Shown here: positions 20,759 to 29,948 of the stretch, piece after piece
Layout: each line of letters opens with the position of its first letter
Numbering within the stretch: the first letter of the stretch is position 1
NCBI GenBank assembly: GCA_016840035.1
Contig: JAEOTC010000029.1
Coordinates: forward strand, 1 to 57,016
Direction: 5' to 3'
From: Candidatus Hodarchaeota archaeon
GTDB lineage: Archaea; Asgardarchaeota; Heimdallarchaeia; Hodarchaeales; Hodarchaeaceae
DNA: 57,016 nucleotides
Program-made: the position numbers and the translations under genes
The notes under the pieces: model-generated
What the model was told of the DNA's origin: nothing
Databases searched by the model: none
The model's input: only the letters and a program-made list of their open reading frames with translations

Positions 20759-22243
20759 TTGACTAGACAAGTATTGGACATCATGAATGGGGAGGTTGTT
20801 ATTCCTCAGAATTATATAAATGGAAAATGGGTTACATCTGAGACTGAGATTTTTAAGGATGTTTTTAACCCTTCAAAAGATGAAATCATTGCAAAAACTC
20901 CAATGAGTACATCCAACGAAACTATCCAGTGTATTAAGGCAGCTAAAAAAGCTTTTGAGCGCTGGCGTCGAACTCCTGCTCAAACACGGATTAGGTATTT
21001 GTATAGGATTCGCGATTCATTTGAGGAGAATTTTGAAGAACTCTCCAAAATATTGACTATAGAACAAGGGAAGGTAATTGACGAATCACGGGGGGAGTAT
21101 AGACGTGCTATTGAAAATATTGAAATTGCTGCAAGTGTTCCCATTTTACAACAAGGATACAATATGGAAGACATTGCTTCGGGTATAGATGAAATGGTGA
21201 TTAAACAACCACTAGGAGTATTCTTTTGTGTTGCTCCTTTCAATTTTCCAGGAATGGTTCCATCTTGGTTCTGGCCATATGCCATTGCAACTGGAAATAC
21301 GTATATAGTTAAACCCTCTGAGCAAGTTCCCTTAAGTATGACAAGACAATTTGAATTAATTGAAGAAGCAGGACTTCCTAGAGGAGTACTCAATATGATG
21401 CATGGGGGTGCGGAGGTTGTGAATACCTTAATAGAAAGTCCTGATACGATTGGTATGTCTTTTGTAGGATCCACTAGTGTAGGCGAACTTCTTTATAAGA
21501 AGTGTGGAGAGTTCAAAAAACGTGCTCAGGTTCAAGGAGGAGCAAAGAACTTTATTACTGTTATGCCCGATGTAGATATCAAACGAACCATTCCAAATCT
21601 CATGACATCTTTTTATGGATGTACAGGACAACGATGTTTGAGTGGAGCTGTGTTACTAGCTGTAGGGGACGTTTATGAACCCCTCAAGATAGCTGTAGTT
21701 GATGCTGCGAAGAAACTAACAGTTGGATATGGACTCGATGAAACAAACCAAATGGGTCCTTTAGCATCAAGAAATGGGTATGATAAAGTTTTAGGATATA
21801 TTCAATCAGGAACCGATGAAGGTGGGGATTTGATTTTAGATGGAAGAGATTTAAAGATACCCGATTATCCTAATGGTTATTTTATTGGGCCGACCATCTT
21901 TGATAAAGTTAATCCAGATATGACAATTGCTCGTGAAGAGATTTTTGGTCCTGTAATGTCTATTATCCCTGTCCAAGATCTTGATGAGGCTATCGACATC
22001 ATTCATAATAATCCTTACGGGAATGCATCCTCCTTGTTTACTTCTAGTGGTAAAACAGCAAGAGAGTACCAATATCGTGTTAATGCGGGAAATATAGGTA
22101 TTAACGTTGGGATAGCTGCACCTATCGCTTCGTTTCCGTTTTCTGGAATGAAAGATTCTTTTTTGGGGGATCTTCATGGCCAAGGACGTGACTCAATAAA
22201 TTTCTTCACAGAGAATAAAGTGGTTATAACTCGGTGGTTTTGA
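20759..22243 (+). CDS. mmsA: CoA-acylating (methyl)malonate-semialdehyde dehydrogenase
   Basis: PFNFPGMVP, KPSEQVP, SFVGST, GGAKN, GQRCLS, EEIFGP, GINVGIAAP, FLGDLHGQG - typical of ALDH6/MmsA/IolA. Confidence 0.88.
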   Translation: MTRQVLDIMNGEVVIPQNYINGKWVTSETEIFKDVFNPSKDEIIAKTPMSTSNETIQCIKAAKKAFERWRRTPAQTRIRYLYRIRDSFEENFEELSKILTIEQGKVIDESRGEYRRAIENIEIAASVPILQQGYNMEDIASGIDEMVIKQPLGVFFCVAPFNFPGMVPSWFWPYAIATGNTYIVKPSEQVPLSMTRQFELIEEAGLPRGVLNMMHGGAEVVNTLIESPDTIGMSFVGSTSVGELLYKKCGEFKKRAQVQGGAKNFITVMPDVDIKRTIPNLMTSFYGCTGQRCLSGAVLLAVGDVYEPLKIAVVDAAKKLTVGYGLDETNQMGPLASRNGYDKVLGYIQSGTDEGGDLILDGRDLKIPDYPNGYFIGPTIFDKVNPDMTIAREEIFGPVMSIIPVQDLDEAIDIIHNNPYGNASSLFTSSGKTAREYQYRVNAGNIGINVGIAAPIASFPFSGMKDSFLGDLHGQGRDSINFFTENKVVITRWF

Positions 22244-22264
22244 TTTTCCTGAGGTGATTTTGAC

Positions 22265-22696
22265 GTGGTACTCGCTACACTTGGAGCTGTATTAAATTTT
22301 GCTCTACAACTGGAAGAAAGAACCTCAAGTTGGTATGCTACGTTGCTAGAACACAGTAATGATGAAAATGTTCAAGAAATAAGTGAAAGATTAAGAAAGT
22401 TAAGTAATGGACGGATTATAGTTCTTAAGCGATTACGGAGTGAAAATGTGACTGAAATGATTCTAGAACCTATCTATGGATTAGATAGTGCAAACTATAC
22501 TATTCCTGAAAATCAGATTGATGATATTTCTAACCCCCTTTTTAAGGTAACAGCCGAAGGGATTGAGCTCTGTTTGAAGTCATTTTATAAAGCAGCAGCC
22601 AAAAAGATTGACTTCCTTAGTGAGGTTGCCTATGCATTTGAAGATCTTGCTGACGAGGTATCGGAAAATATCGAATCTATCCAATTGTTGCAATGA
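22265..22696 (+). CDS. Ferritin/rubrerythrin-like four-helix protein (degenerate)
   Basis: ALQLEE...WY and GIE...FY...LADE helical pattern; GTG start behind GAGGTGA. Confidence 0.6.
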   Translation: MVLATLGAVLNFALQLEERTSSWYATLLEHSNDENVQEISERLRKLSNGRIIVLKRLRSENVTEMILEPIYGLDSANYTIPENQIDDISNPLFKVTAEGIELCLKSFYKAAAKKIDFLSEVAYAFEDLADEVSENIESIQLLQ

Positions 22697-22717
22697 ACTT
22701 TGAAGGATGTTAATCAA

Positions 22718-23653
22718 ATGAAACTTGGATGTTATATGCCTACATTTGGTGGATGGATTGGTAATGTTGGTGTAGAAGAACCTGAAATTTCTTATAGTAA
22801 TGTGAAATCTTCAGCTATTCTTGCAGAAAGTGTAGGTCTTGATTCCATATGGGTTGCTGATCATCTTCTTAATCCATTAAAAGGAGAACATGAGAAGTGT
22901 CTTGAAGCGTGGACTATTCTAACTGCATTAGGAGTACTTACACAGCGTGTAAAAATCGCTCATACAACCTTGTGTCAGGGATTTAGATATCCAGCTGTTT
23001 TAGCTAAAATGGCCACTACATTGATGGAAATATCTAAGGATCGTTTTATCCTTTCCATTGGCGCAGGTTGGTATAAACGAGAGTTTGAGTCATATGGTAT
23101 TCCTTGGTATGAACATGATGAACGAGTCGCTCAAACTGAAGAACAGCTTCAGATAATCAAGTCCCTTTGGACAAAAGAAAAGACAGATTTCGAGGGAGAT
23201 TATTATTCCATTAAGGAAGGGCGTCTCTATCCAAAACCAGGTGAGATCCCTCAAATTTGGTATGGAGGTGAGTCAGAAGCATCAAAACGGCTAGTAATTA
23301 GAAATGCTGATGTATGGCTAATGTATGATTCTTCACCAGCCAATGTTCGTAAAAAGATAAAAGAAATTCTCCCTCAACTCAAGAAAAAGAAACTAAAATA
23401 TGCTGTTTCTACACATATCGTTCCTGGTGACACGGATAAGACTGCTTTTCAAAGATTAGAATGGCTTACCCAAGGTAATGTTGAAGCCAAGGATCGAATC
23501 TCGAGATTAGGGATTGTTGGTTCTCCTCAAACTATCAAAGAAAAACTGCTGGAATATGCAGATACAGGCCTCGATCACTTATTGCTTAAATTCAGTAATA
23601 CTACTGAAGATCTTTCATTTTTAAGAGATATGCTATCCAAATGGGAGTCGTAA
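22718..23653 (+). CDS. Luciferase-like (LLM) flavin/F420-dependent oxidoreductase
   Basis: WVADH, EAWTIL, RYPAVLAKMATT, IGAGWYKREF, WYGG, VGSP. Confidence 0.88.
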   Translation: MKLGCYMPTFGGWIGNVGVEEPEISYSNVKSSAILAESVGLDSIWVADHLLNPLKGEHEKCLEAWTILTALGVLTQRVKIAHTTLCQGFRYPAVLAKMATTLMEISKDRFILSIGAGWYKREFESYGIPWYEHDERVAQTEEQLQIIKSLWTKEKTDFEGDYYSIKEGRLYPKPGEIPQIWYGGESEASKRLVIRNADVWLMYDSSPANVRKKIKEILPQLKKKKLKYAVSTHIVPGDTDKTAFQRLEWLTQGNVEAKDRISRLGIVGSPQTIKEKLLEYADTGLDHLLLKFSNTTEDLSFLRDMLSKWES

Positions 23654-23657
23654 ATAT

Positions 23658-25262
23658 ATGTATCCAGATTTGATTTTATATAATGGAAAAATAATTAGTT
23701 TGGATAAGGAAAATTCCATCGTGGAGGCTGTTGCCATAAAATTCGGCTATATCGTCAAAGTAGGAACAAATGATGATATTTTAAATACAGAGGGATCATT
23801 AACACAAAAAATAGATCTCAAGGGGAAAACCCTTATTCCAGGACTCATTGATTCTCATTCTCATATGATTGCTTCTGGAATAGCTAGATTAATTTATGTT
23901 GATTTGAGTGAAGAAGCGGGAGTAAGGAGTATAAAGGATCTCCAGGAAAAATTAGGGGAAAGAGTGAATGAGACTCCAGAGGGAGAGTGGATTTTTGGAT
24001 ATCAAGAAGACGATGCTAAGCTGATAGAAAAACGACACCCTACTAGACAAGAACTAGATACAATTTCAACCAAACATCCAATTCTCATCACTACAGTAGG
24101 AGGACATTTTTGGATCGCAAATACGAAAGCATTCGACTCGGGAAACGTAACCAAAGATACACCTGATCCTGTAGGAGGAAAATTCGATCGTGATTCTCAA
24201 ACAGGAGAATTAACAGGTGGTTTTCACGAAAAAGCACTCAATTTAATTCGTAATTCAGAGGATCCTCCCTACTCTCGAGAATTAGCTCAAAAAGGTGCTT
24301 TTCAGATCTTACAGGAATGTGCTGCTTTAGGATTGACAACTATCTATGATACAGTTGAAGCTTCTCACATTAGAGCAGTTTTAGATCTTAAGAATCAAGG
24401 TACTCTCCCAATTAGAGTAAGAATGGATGCTAATATTGAATTAATTACTAATTTAGATGAAGTGGGGATATATCGAGGATTTGGAGATGATTGGCTTAGG
24501 CTTTGTGGTCTTAAATATTTTTTCGATGGTGCTATCTCAGCTAGAACCGCTGCAGTATCAGAACCGTATCTCAATAAGCCTAATTTTTTTGGTGTAATGG
24601 CTACGACAAGGGAAATTGCCCAGAAGATTCTAGAAGCAGCGTATCAGAAAGGATATCGAATCTCAGCCCATGCAAATGGTGATCGTGCAATCGATCTTTT
24701 TCTCGATATAATGGAAGAACTTCAAGGAAAATATCCGAGGGATGATCCTCGGAATCGAGATATTCATTGTACAGTTGTGAACCCAAGAATTATATCCAGA
24801 ATCAAAAAACTGGGTATACTTCCAACAATATTTGGCCCCTATCCATACTATCATGGAGATAAACTCATTCCTGCATTCGGCGAAAAACGATTGGAATGGA
24901 TGTTTGCTGCTAGGTCTTTTCTTGACTCAAACATTATTCTTAGTGCTCATTCTGACCATCCATGTGCCCCGAATTCTCCACTAATGGCAATTCATTCTTT
25001 AGTAAATCGTAAAACTAAGATGGGAAAAAATATTGGCAGTACACAAAAAATCTCCGTTCAAGAAGCATTGCGCTTATACACGATTAATGCTGCTTATCAC
25101 TCCTTCGATGAGGAGAAGTTAGGGACGATTGAAGAAGGTAAGTTGGCAGATTTTGTGCTTTTGGGGGAAGATATATTACATATAGATGAATCAAAAATTA
25201 AGGATATTCCAATAGAAATGACATTCGTCGGTGGTAAGATCGTCTATCAGAAATTAAATTAA
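23658..25262 (+). CDS. YtcJ-like metal-dependent amidohydrolase (Amidohydro_3)
   Basis: PGLIDSHSH, KYFFDG, HANGD, HSDHP, GTIEEGKLADFV. Confidence 0.9.
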   Translation: MYPDLILYNGKIISLDKENSIVEAVAIKFGYIVKVGTNDDILNTEGSLTQKIDLKGKTLIPGLIDSHSHMIASGIARLIYVDLSEEAGVRSIKDLQEKLGERVNETPEGEWIFGYQEDDAKLIEKRHPTRQELDTISTKHPILITTVGGHFWIANTKAFDSGNVTKDTPDPVGGKFDRDSQTGELTGGFHEKALNLIRNSEDPPYSRELAQKGAFQILQECAALGLTTIYDTVEASHIRAVLDLKNQGTLPIRVRMDANIELITNLDEVGIYRGFGDDWLRLCGLKYFFDGAISARTAAVSEPYLNKPNFFGVMATTREIAQKILEAAYQKGYRISAHANGDRAIDLFLDIMEELQGKYPRDDPRNRDIHCTVVNPRIISRIKKLGILPTIFGPYPYYHGDKLIPAFGEKRLEWMFAARSFLDSNIILSAHSDHPCAPNSPLMAIHSLVNRKTKMGKNIGSTQKISVQEALRLYTINAAYHSFDEEKLGTIEEGKLADFVLLGEDILHIDESKIKDIPIEMTFVGGKIVYQKLN

Positions 25263-25275
25263 CAGATGGTTGATT

Positions 25276-26241
25276 ATGAACATGACTAGTCAGATTAAAT
25301 CAAACGACAACACAAAAATAAATCCAAAAACCTCTTATCGAGAACCAATTTTAAAGTTTGACTTTCCTGGTGTAAGAATAGGGATAGGTGAATATGAGGA
25401 GGGGCCGACTGGATGTACAGTATTTCATTTTAAGAAAAGAGTTAAAATGGTTTCAGATATACGTGGTGGCGCACCTGGAGTGGTGGGAGCACATCTAAAT
25501 CAAGTTGATACCGTTACTTTTGCAGGTGGAAGTCTTCTTGGATATGAAGCGATTACAGGTGTGAATGCAGAAGTATTACAAGCTAATGATTATAAACTGG
25601 ATTGGGAATCAGTTCCTCTCGGAGCTGGAGCAATTATCTGGGACTTTCCAGGGCGTACTAATACTGTGTACCCTGATAAAGCCCTGGGTAGAGCCGCATT
25701 ACGTAGTGCGAAAGAAAACGTATTTCCGTTGGGAAATCAGGGAGCTGGTAAATCTGCTACAGTGGGAAAATTTTTGGATTTTTCTTATCATGAGCCTGGA
25801 GGACAAGGTGGAGCTTTTGCTCAATTTGGTGAAGTGAAAATTTTAGTATTTACTGTTGTCAATGCTCTAGGTTCTCTATACAATAGAAAAGGAGAAATTG
25901 TGCGAGGTCATTTTAATCAGAAGGAAGGCACTAGAATCGATGTTTCTGAAGCGATTAAGACATGGGCTAGATATAAGGACCAAACACAAAAAGGAAATAC
26001 AACTCTTACCTTAGCAATTACTAATCAAAAATTCCCGTCTCGATATGAATTTCAACAAGTATCTCGACAAATTCATGTCTCAATGGCGAGAGCAATTCAG
26101 CCTTTCCATCATCTAGATGATGGTGATGTATTTCTCCTGGCTAGCACCGAAGAGGTATTCGACAAACAGCTTACCTCGGGTGCTTTTGGTGTTTTAGCTG
26201 GAGAGCTTGCTTGGGATGCAATTTTGACATGTTTTGAATGA
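25276..26241 (+). CDS. nylC: NylC-like endo-amidase (6-aminohexanoate-oligomer hydrolase family; S58/P1, Thr nucleophile)
   Basis: Blocks recalled from NylC: LKFDFPGV, YEEGPTG, DIRGGA, VYPDKALGRAAL, GN|TT autocleavage site, IQPFH..DGD, ELAWDAIL. Confidence 0.8.
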   Translation: MNMTSQIKSNDNTKINPKTSYREPILKFDFPGVRIGIGEYEEGPTGCTVFHFKKRVKMVSDIRGGAPGVVGAHLNQVDTVTFAGGSLLGYEAITGVNAEVLQANDYKLDWESVPLGAGAIIWDFPGRTNTVYPDKALGRAALRSAKENVFPLGNQGAGKSATVGKFLDFSYHEPGGQGGAFAQFGEVKILVFTVVNALGSLYNRKGEIVRGHFNQKEGTRIDVSEAIKTWARYKDQTQKGNTTLTLAITNQKFPSRYEFQQVSRQIHVSMARAIQPFHHLDDGDVFLLASTEEVFDKQLTSGAFGVLAGELAWDAILTCFE

Positions 26242-26334
26242 ATAAAGTATAATTGGTCAATGAAAAGAAAATAAGTAAAGAATGAATTTGTATAACTGTT
26301 TGAATGTATGTTATGTGTTAAAGGAGTATTTAAG

Positions 26335-27483
26335 ATGAAATTTGATAAGATTATGATCATTGGACTTGTGGTTTTACTGCTTTCACCTGTTGCTATATTA
26401 CTTTCAATCAATGAGCATTTTGTACTCGAAAACCAGTACTCAATAACTGACTATCGATCTAGAGGAATTGTTGTTGAAAATGGAGTTGCTTACATTGCAG
26501 GTGATAATGTACTAGAAGCCGTCAGTATAGATGATCCTAATTTTATGTTCCAATTCGGTAAAATAGAAACGCAAGGAGATATTGTTGGTCTCTTCAAATC
26601 GGGAAATTTGGTGTACTTACCCTATGAAACTGGTGGATTTACAATTATTGATGTTACCAATGTTCTAAATCTTATTTCTGTTGGAAATTACTCTAGCAGT
26701 TCAACAATCTGGGATATCTTCGTTTCTGGAACTAAAGCTTATTTACCTGTTGCAGATGCGGGTTTAGACATTGTGGATGTGACAAACCCAAGTAATATTT
26801 CATTGGTGGGTAGCTATCATGATGGGTCGAACGGTACAGATAGAATATTCGTCGAAGGATCCATTGCATATTTAGGGGAAGCTTCTAATGGACTCAAAAT
26901 CATAGATATTTCTAATTCCTCGAATCCTCAACTCCTAGGACAGTATGATAAAAATATTCGTGATATCTTTGTAAAAGACAATATTGCGTATCTAGCTTTA
27001 ACTGATGGTCTTGAATTCTCAGGTGTAGAAATTGTTGACATGGAGGATCCTACAGATCCAAAACTACTGTCAAGAATAGAAATACCAACGTATGACATAT
27101 TTGTAAAGAATGAATTTGTTTACATACCAGTAAAGTATGAACAGCTTGTGGTTTACGATATTAGTAAGTTAGAGTCGCCTCGTAGAGTTGGACAATATCC
27201 TTTTCCCTCAAAATATCCAGTATCGCGTGGAAACATAGTTTTTAGCCTTGAGAATCGTATTTACTTATGTACTCAAAATCTAAATATCATCAATCAAGAA
27301 CTGACAAAACTTGATCTTAGTGATAACGGGATAAGGACAACCATTTTGGTGGCTTTTCTCGGTGTAATTGTTATACTAATTAGTCTTTATCGTGATCGTT
27401 CAGAGAAGAATAGCATTGATTATTATCTAAAACTCTATAAGGCGAAAAAAGCAAAATTAAAACATCAGGATAATATTCAGTAA
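26335..27483 (+). CDS. Membrane-anchored LVIVD-repeat beta-propeller protein
   Basis: Repeated AYL/AYI...GLxIVDV(T/S)NP units; N-terminal and C-terminal TM segments; start at ATG 26335 behind AAGGAG. Confidence 0.85.
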   Translation: MKFDKIMIIGLVVLLLSPVAILLSINEHFVLENQYSITDYRSRGIVVENGVAYIAGDNVLEAVSIDDPNFMFQFGKIETQGDIVGLFKSGNLVYLPYETGGFTIIDVTNVLNLISVGNYSSSSTIWDIFVSGTKAYLPVADAGLDIVDVTNPSNISLVGSYHDGSNGTDRIFVEGSIAYLGEASNGLKIIDISNSSNPQLLGQYDKNIRDIFVKDNIAYLALTDGLEFSGVEIVDMEDPTDPKLLSRIEIPTYDIFVKNEFVYIPVKYEQLVVYDISKLESPRRVGQYPFPSKYPVSRGNIVFSLENRIYLCTQNLNIINQELTKLDLSDNGIRTTILVAFLGVIVILISLYRDRSEKNSIDYYLKLYKAKKAKLKHQDNIQ

Positions 27484-27502
27484 TATGACAATTATCTTAT
27501 CG

Positions 27503-28609
27503 TCACAATCGACATTTAGCGAAAATTTCTTGAACCTCTGACTGGGGTAAAGCATGAACAGTGTTTCCGTTTATTCCTGTCATCGTTTTTGCATTTATAA
27601 GGGCATTAATTATAGCTTCTTCCGTTGCTTCAGCAACCGCTTTGAAAAAGGGGGTTAAATACATATCAGACAATGATTCAACCGTTTTAACTCTGGATTT
27701 ACTGGGATCTACAATAAGATTCGCAGTGGAGAATCCTAAAAATAAATCACCCGATGTATGGCCTCCATATCCCCCTATTCGAGCTAAACCGGCAGTTATC
27801 CGTTTGACTAAACGTTTCAATTGATAAGGGAGTAGTGGGGCATCGGTAGCTGCAATAACTATTATGGAACCGTTTTCTTGTTTTTCTGTATCAAGACGAG
27901 GTTGTTTTATCTGAATTTCAGGTTTATAATCACTGATTTCCTTCCCAACTGGAACTCCGTTTATGGTGAAGTGTTCCCTTTTCCCATAATTTGTCTGAAC
28001 GCAGAGACCAATAGTGTACTCTGAGACTCTACGTGAGCTGGTACCAAAACCACCCTTGAAGCCGTGACATATATTTCCAGTAGCACCACCTACACTTCCC
28101 TCCATGACTTTTCCTCCCTTTGCTTTATCACAGGCTAAAAAAACATGTTCCTTCTTAATATGGAATCCATTAATATCATTTAATAATCCGTCATAAGTCT
28201 CTGCAACCACGGGTAGACTCCAAAAAATGGGATCAGTGTAAAAATTATTATCAATTCTCCACTGGATTATTGCATCTCTCACGACGCCTACACTATGTGT
28301 ATTTGTAAGACATATTGGTCCTTTAAGTTGACCTGATTCATTTACCCAATGACTACCAGTCATCTCGCCATTTCCATTATAAGAGAAAAGAGCAGCATAT
28401 ACTTTATCAGGATTTTTTCCTGTGGGAAAAATAGCAGTAACTCCAGTTCGTATTGGACCTTTACCGACTTTTAGTTCTCCTTCTCCCTCAATCAAGGTGC
28501 AATGTCCAACTTCAACTCCCTTGACATCAGAAATCGAATTATATTTACCAGTTGTTCCTTCAAAAGGAATCCCAAGATCACGTGCCTTCATAGCGGTCAA
28601 ATGTGACAT
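27503..28609 (-). CDS. dmpA: DmpA/BapA-family aminopeptidase (S58/P1; L-aminopeptidase/D-amidase or beta-peptidyl aminopeptidase)
   Basis: ARDLGI, RTGVTAI, NGNGEMTG, PVVAETYDG, G|SIIVIAATDAPL autocleavage site, SGDLFLGFST. Confidence 0.88.
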   Translation of the reverse strand: MSHLTAMKARDLGIPFEGTTGKYNSISDVKGVEVGHCTLIEGEGELKVGKGPIRTGVTAIFPTGKNPDKVYAALFSYNGNGEMTGSHWVNESGQLKGPICLTNTHSVGVVRDAIIQWRIDNNFYTDPIFWSLPVVAETYDGLLNDINGFHIKKEHVFLACDKAKGGKVMEGSVGGATGNICHGFKGGFGTSSRRVSEYTIGLCVQTNYGKREHFTINGVPVGKEISDYKPEIQIKQPRLDTEKQENGSIIVIAATDAPLLPYQLKRLVKRITAGLARIGGYGGHTSGDLFLGFSTANLIVDPSKSRVKTVESLSDMYLTPFFKAVAEATEEAIINALINAKTMTGINGNTVHALPQSEVQEIFAKCRL

Positions 28610-28689
28610 ATGTGTTTTAGAATTTTCTCATTCAATTTAATCAATAATTATTTCCTGACCTTCACGGTCTTAAGCAAAAACCTAAATCA

Positions 28690-29922
28690 ATGTCCAAAAT
28701 TCTGAAATTGACGATCATGACGAGTTTAGATTCACGTAAACAAAAGGAAAAAGCCTTTAAAAAAGGAAAGATCTCTCTAGCTGTCGATAAATCAGTGTAT
28801 AAACGTTTTTCCGAGCGAGATATGATTTTTGCACGGGTAATGTGGGATGAAAGCTATTCAGGATATCGACGAGCGATTAATGAGAAAGAAGAGACTAAAA
28901 TGGGCATGAAAGGTTATAGTCAAGAGGGTTACGCTGCAATGAATGCTGCGTGGATGGTTCATGATACTTTTCGTCAGGCCTTTTCATGGGAAAACCCAAA
29001 ACAGGCTCCAACATCACTTACTCAATCTACAATCAAACCTAAAAGATTTAAGTCCTCTGACTTAGAAAAAAACTCAAAAATCGTAAAAAGAATAGCTAAC
29101 GTTTATGGAGCATGTGATGTTGGCATAACAGAACTAGATCCAGATCATCCATATCTTTACACTCATGATCGAATGAACAATGAAATAAATTTCCCAGAGG
29201 GAGTAAAATACGCTATCGTAATGCTTATTCAGATGGATTATCAGGCTTTGAAAACCTCACCAGCTTTGCCATCTAGTATCACAACAGGGAATGGATACTC
29301 CCGAATGGCTTTTGCAATCGCAGGTATGGCTGATTTTTTGCGAAATCTTGGATATCAGGCAATACCTGCTGGAAATGATACCGGAATTTCTGTTCCATTA
29401 GCTATTCAGGCAGGTTTAGGTCAAGTGGGAAGAAATGGTTTATTGATTAATCCGAAATATGGACAATCGGTACGGATTTGCAAAGTTTATACTGACTTTC
29501 CAATGAAAATTGACCAACCAATCGATTTTGGTGTACACCAGTTCTGTAGAGTGTGTAAGAAGTGTGCTAAGTATTGTCCAAGTCAAAGCATTCTCTATGA
29601 TGATGATCCAACTTGGGAAAGTCCTTGGAACAGTGTTTCGAATAATAATGGATCCTATAAGCATTATGTTAATGTAGAGACATGCTACGAATTTTGGGTA
29701 AAAAATTCAACAGATTGTTCAAACTGTATGCGGGTTTGTCCATTTACAAAACCTCCTGGAATTGCACATGATATTGCACGATTCTTTATCAAATATTTTC
29801 CATTTTTGGATCCTCTGTGGCTTCGATTGGATAATTTGATGGCGTATCTACCTTGGTGGCGATATGGAAAGAAAGATGATGCGTTGAAATTCTGGAAGGG
29901 AAAAAAGTATCTGGGAAAATAA
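28690..29922 (+). CDS. Reductive dehalogenase-family protein (cobalamin, 2x Fe-S), without Tat signal
   Basis: GACDVGI, RNLGYQAIP, AIQAGLGQVGRNGLLINPKYG, CRVCKKCAKYCP (CX2CX2CX3CP), CYEFW...CSNCMRVCPF. Confidence 0.8.
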   Translation: MSKILKLTIMTSLDSRKQKEKAFKKGKISLAVDKSVYKRFSERDMIFARVMWDESYSGYRRAINEKEETKMGMKGYSQEGYAAMNAAWMVHDTFRQAFSWENPKQAPTSLTQSTIKPKRFKSSDLEKNSKIVKRIANVYGACDVGITELDPDHPYLYTHDRMNNEINFPEGVKYAIVMLIQMDYQALKTSPALPSSITTGNGYSRMAFAIAGMADFLRNLGYQAIPAGNDTGISVPLAIQAGLGQVGRNGLLINPKYGQSVRICKVYTDFPMKIDQPIDFGVHQFCRVCKKCAKYCPSQSILYDDDPTWESPWNSVSNNNGSYKHYVNVETCYEFWVKNSTDCSNCMRVCPFTKPPGIAHDIARFFIKYFPFLDPLWLRLDNLMAYLPWWRYGKKDDALKFWKGKKYLGK

Positions 29923-29948
29923 TCACAAATTTTGAAGGAGAAACTTGC

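Noticed and set aside
22694-22699. In-frame TGA between the ferritin-like ORF and the LLM ORF, suggesting selenocysteine or readthrough fusion
   Set aside because: The TGA is in a linker rather than at a catalytic Cys position, the LLM gene has its own ATG with a purine-rich upstream sequence, and several other neighbouring genes here are in frame by chance
28690-29922. Epoxyqueuosine reductase QueG
   Set aside because: Motif spacing (CxxFW...CxxCxxxCPF) and the N-terminal region fit RdhA-like proteins better; QueG-type DYH and GCDxCQ motifs are absent. Not fully excluded without a tree
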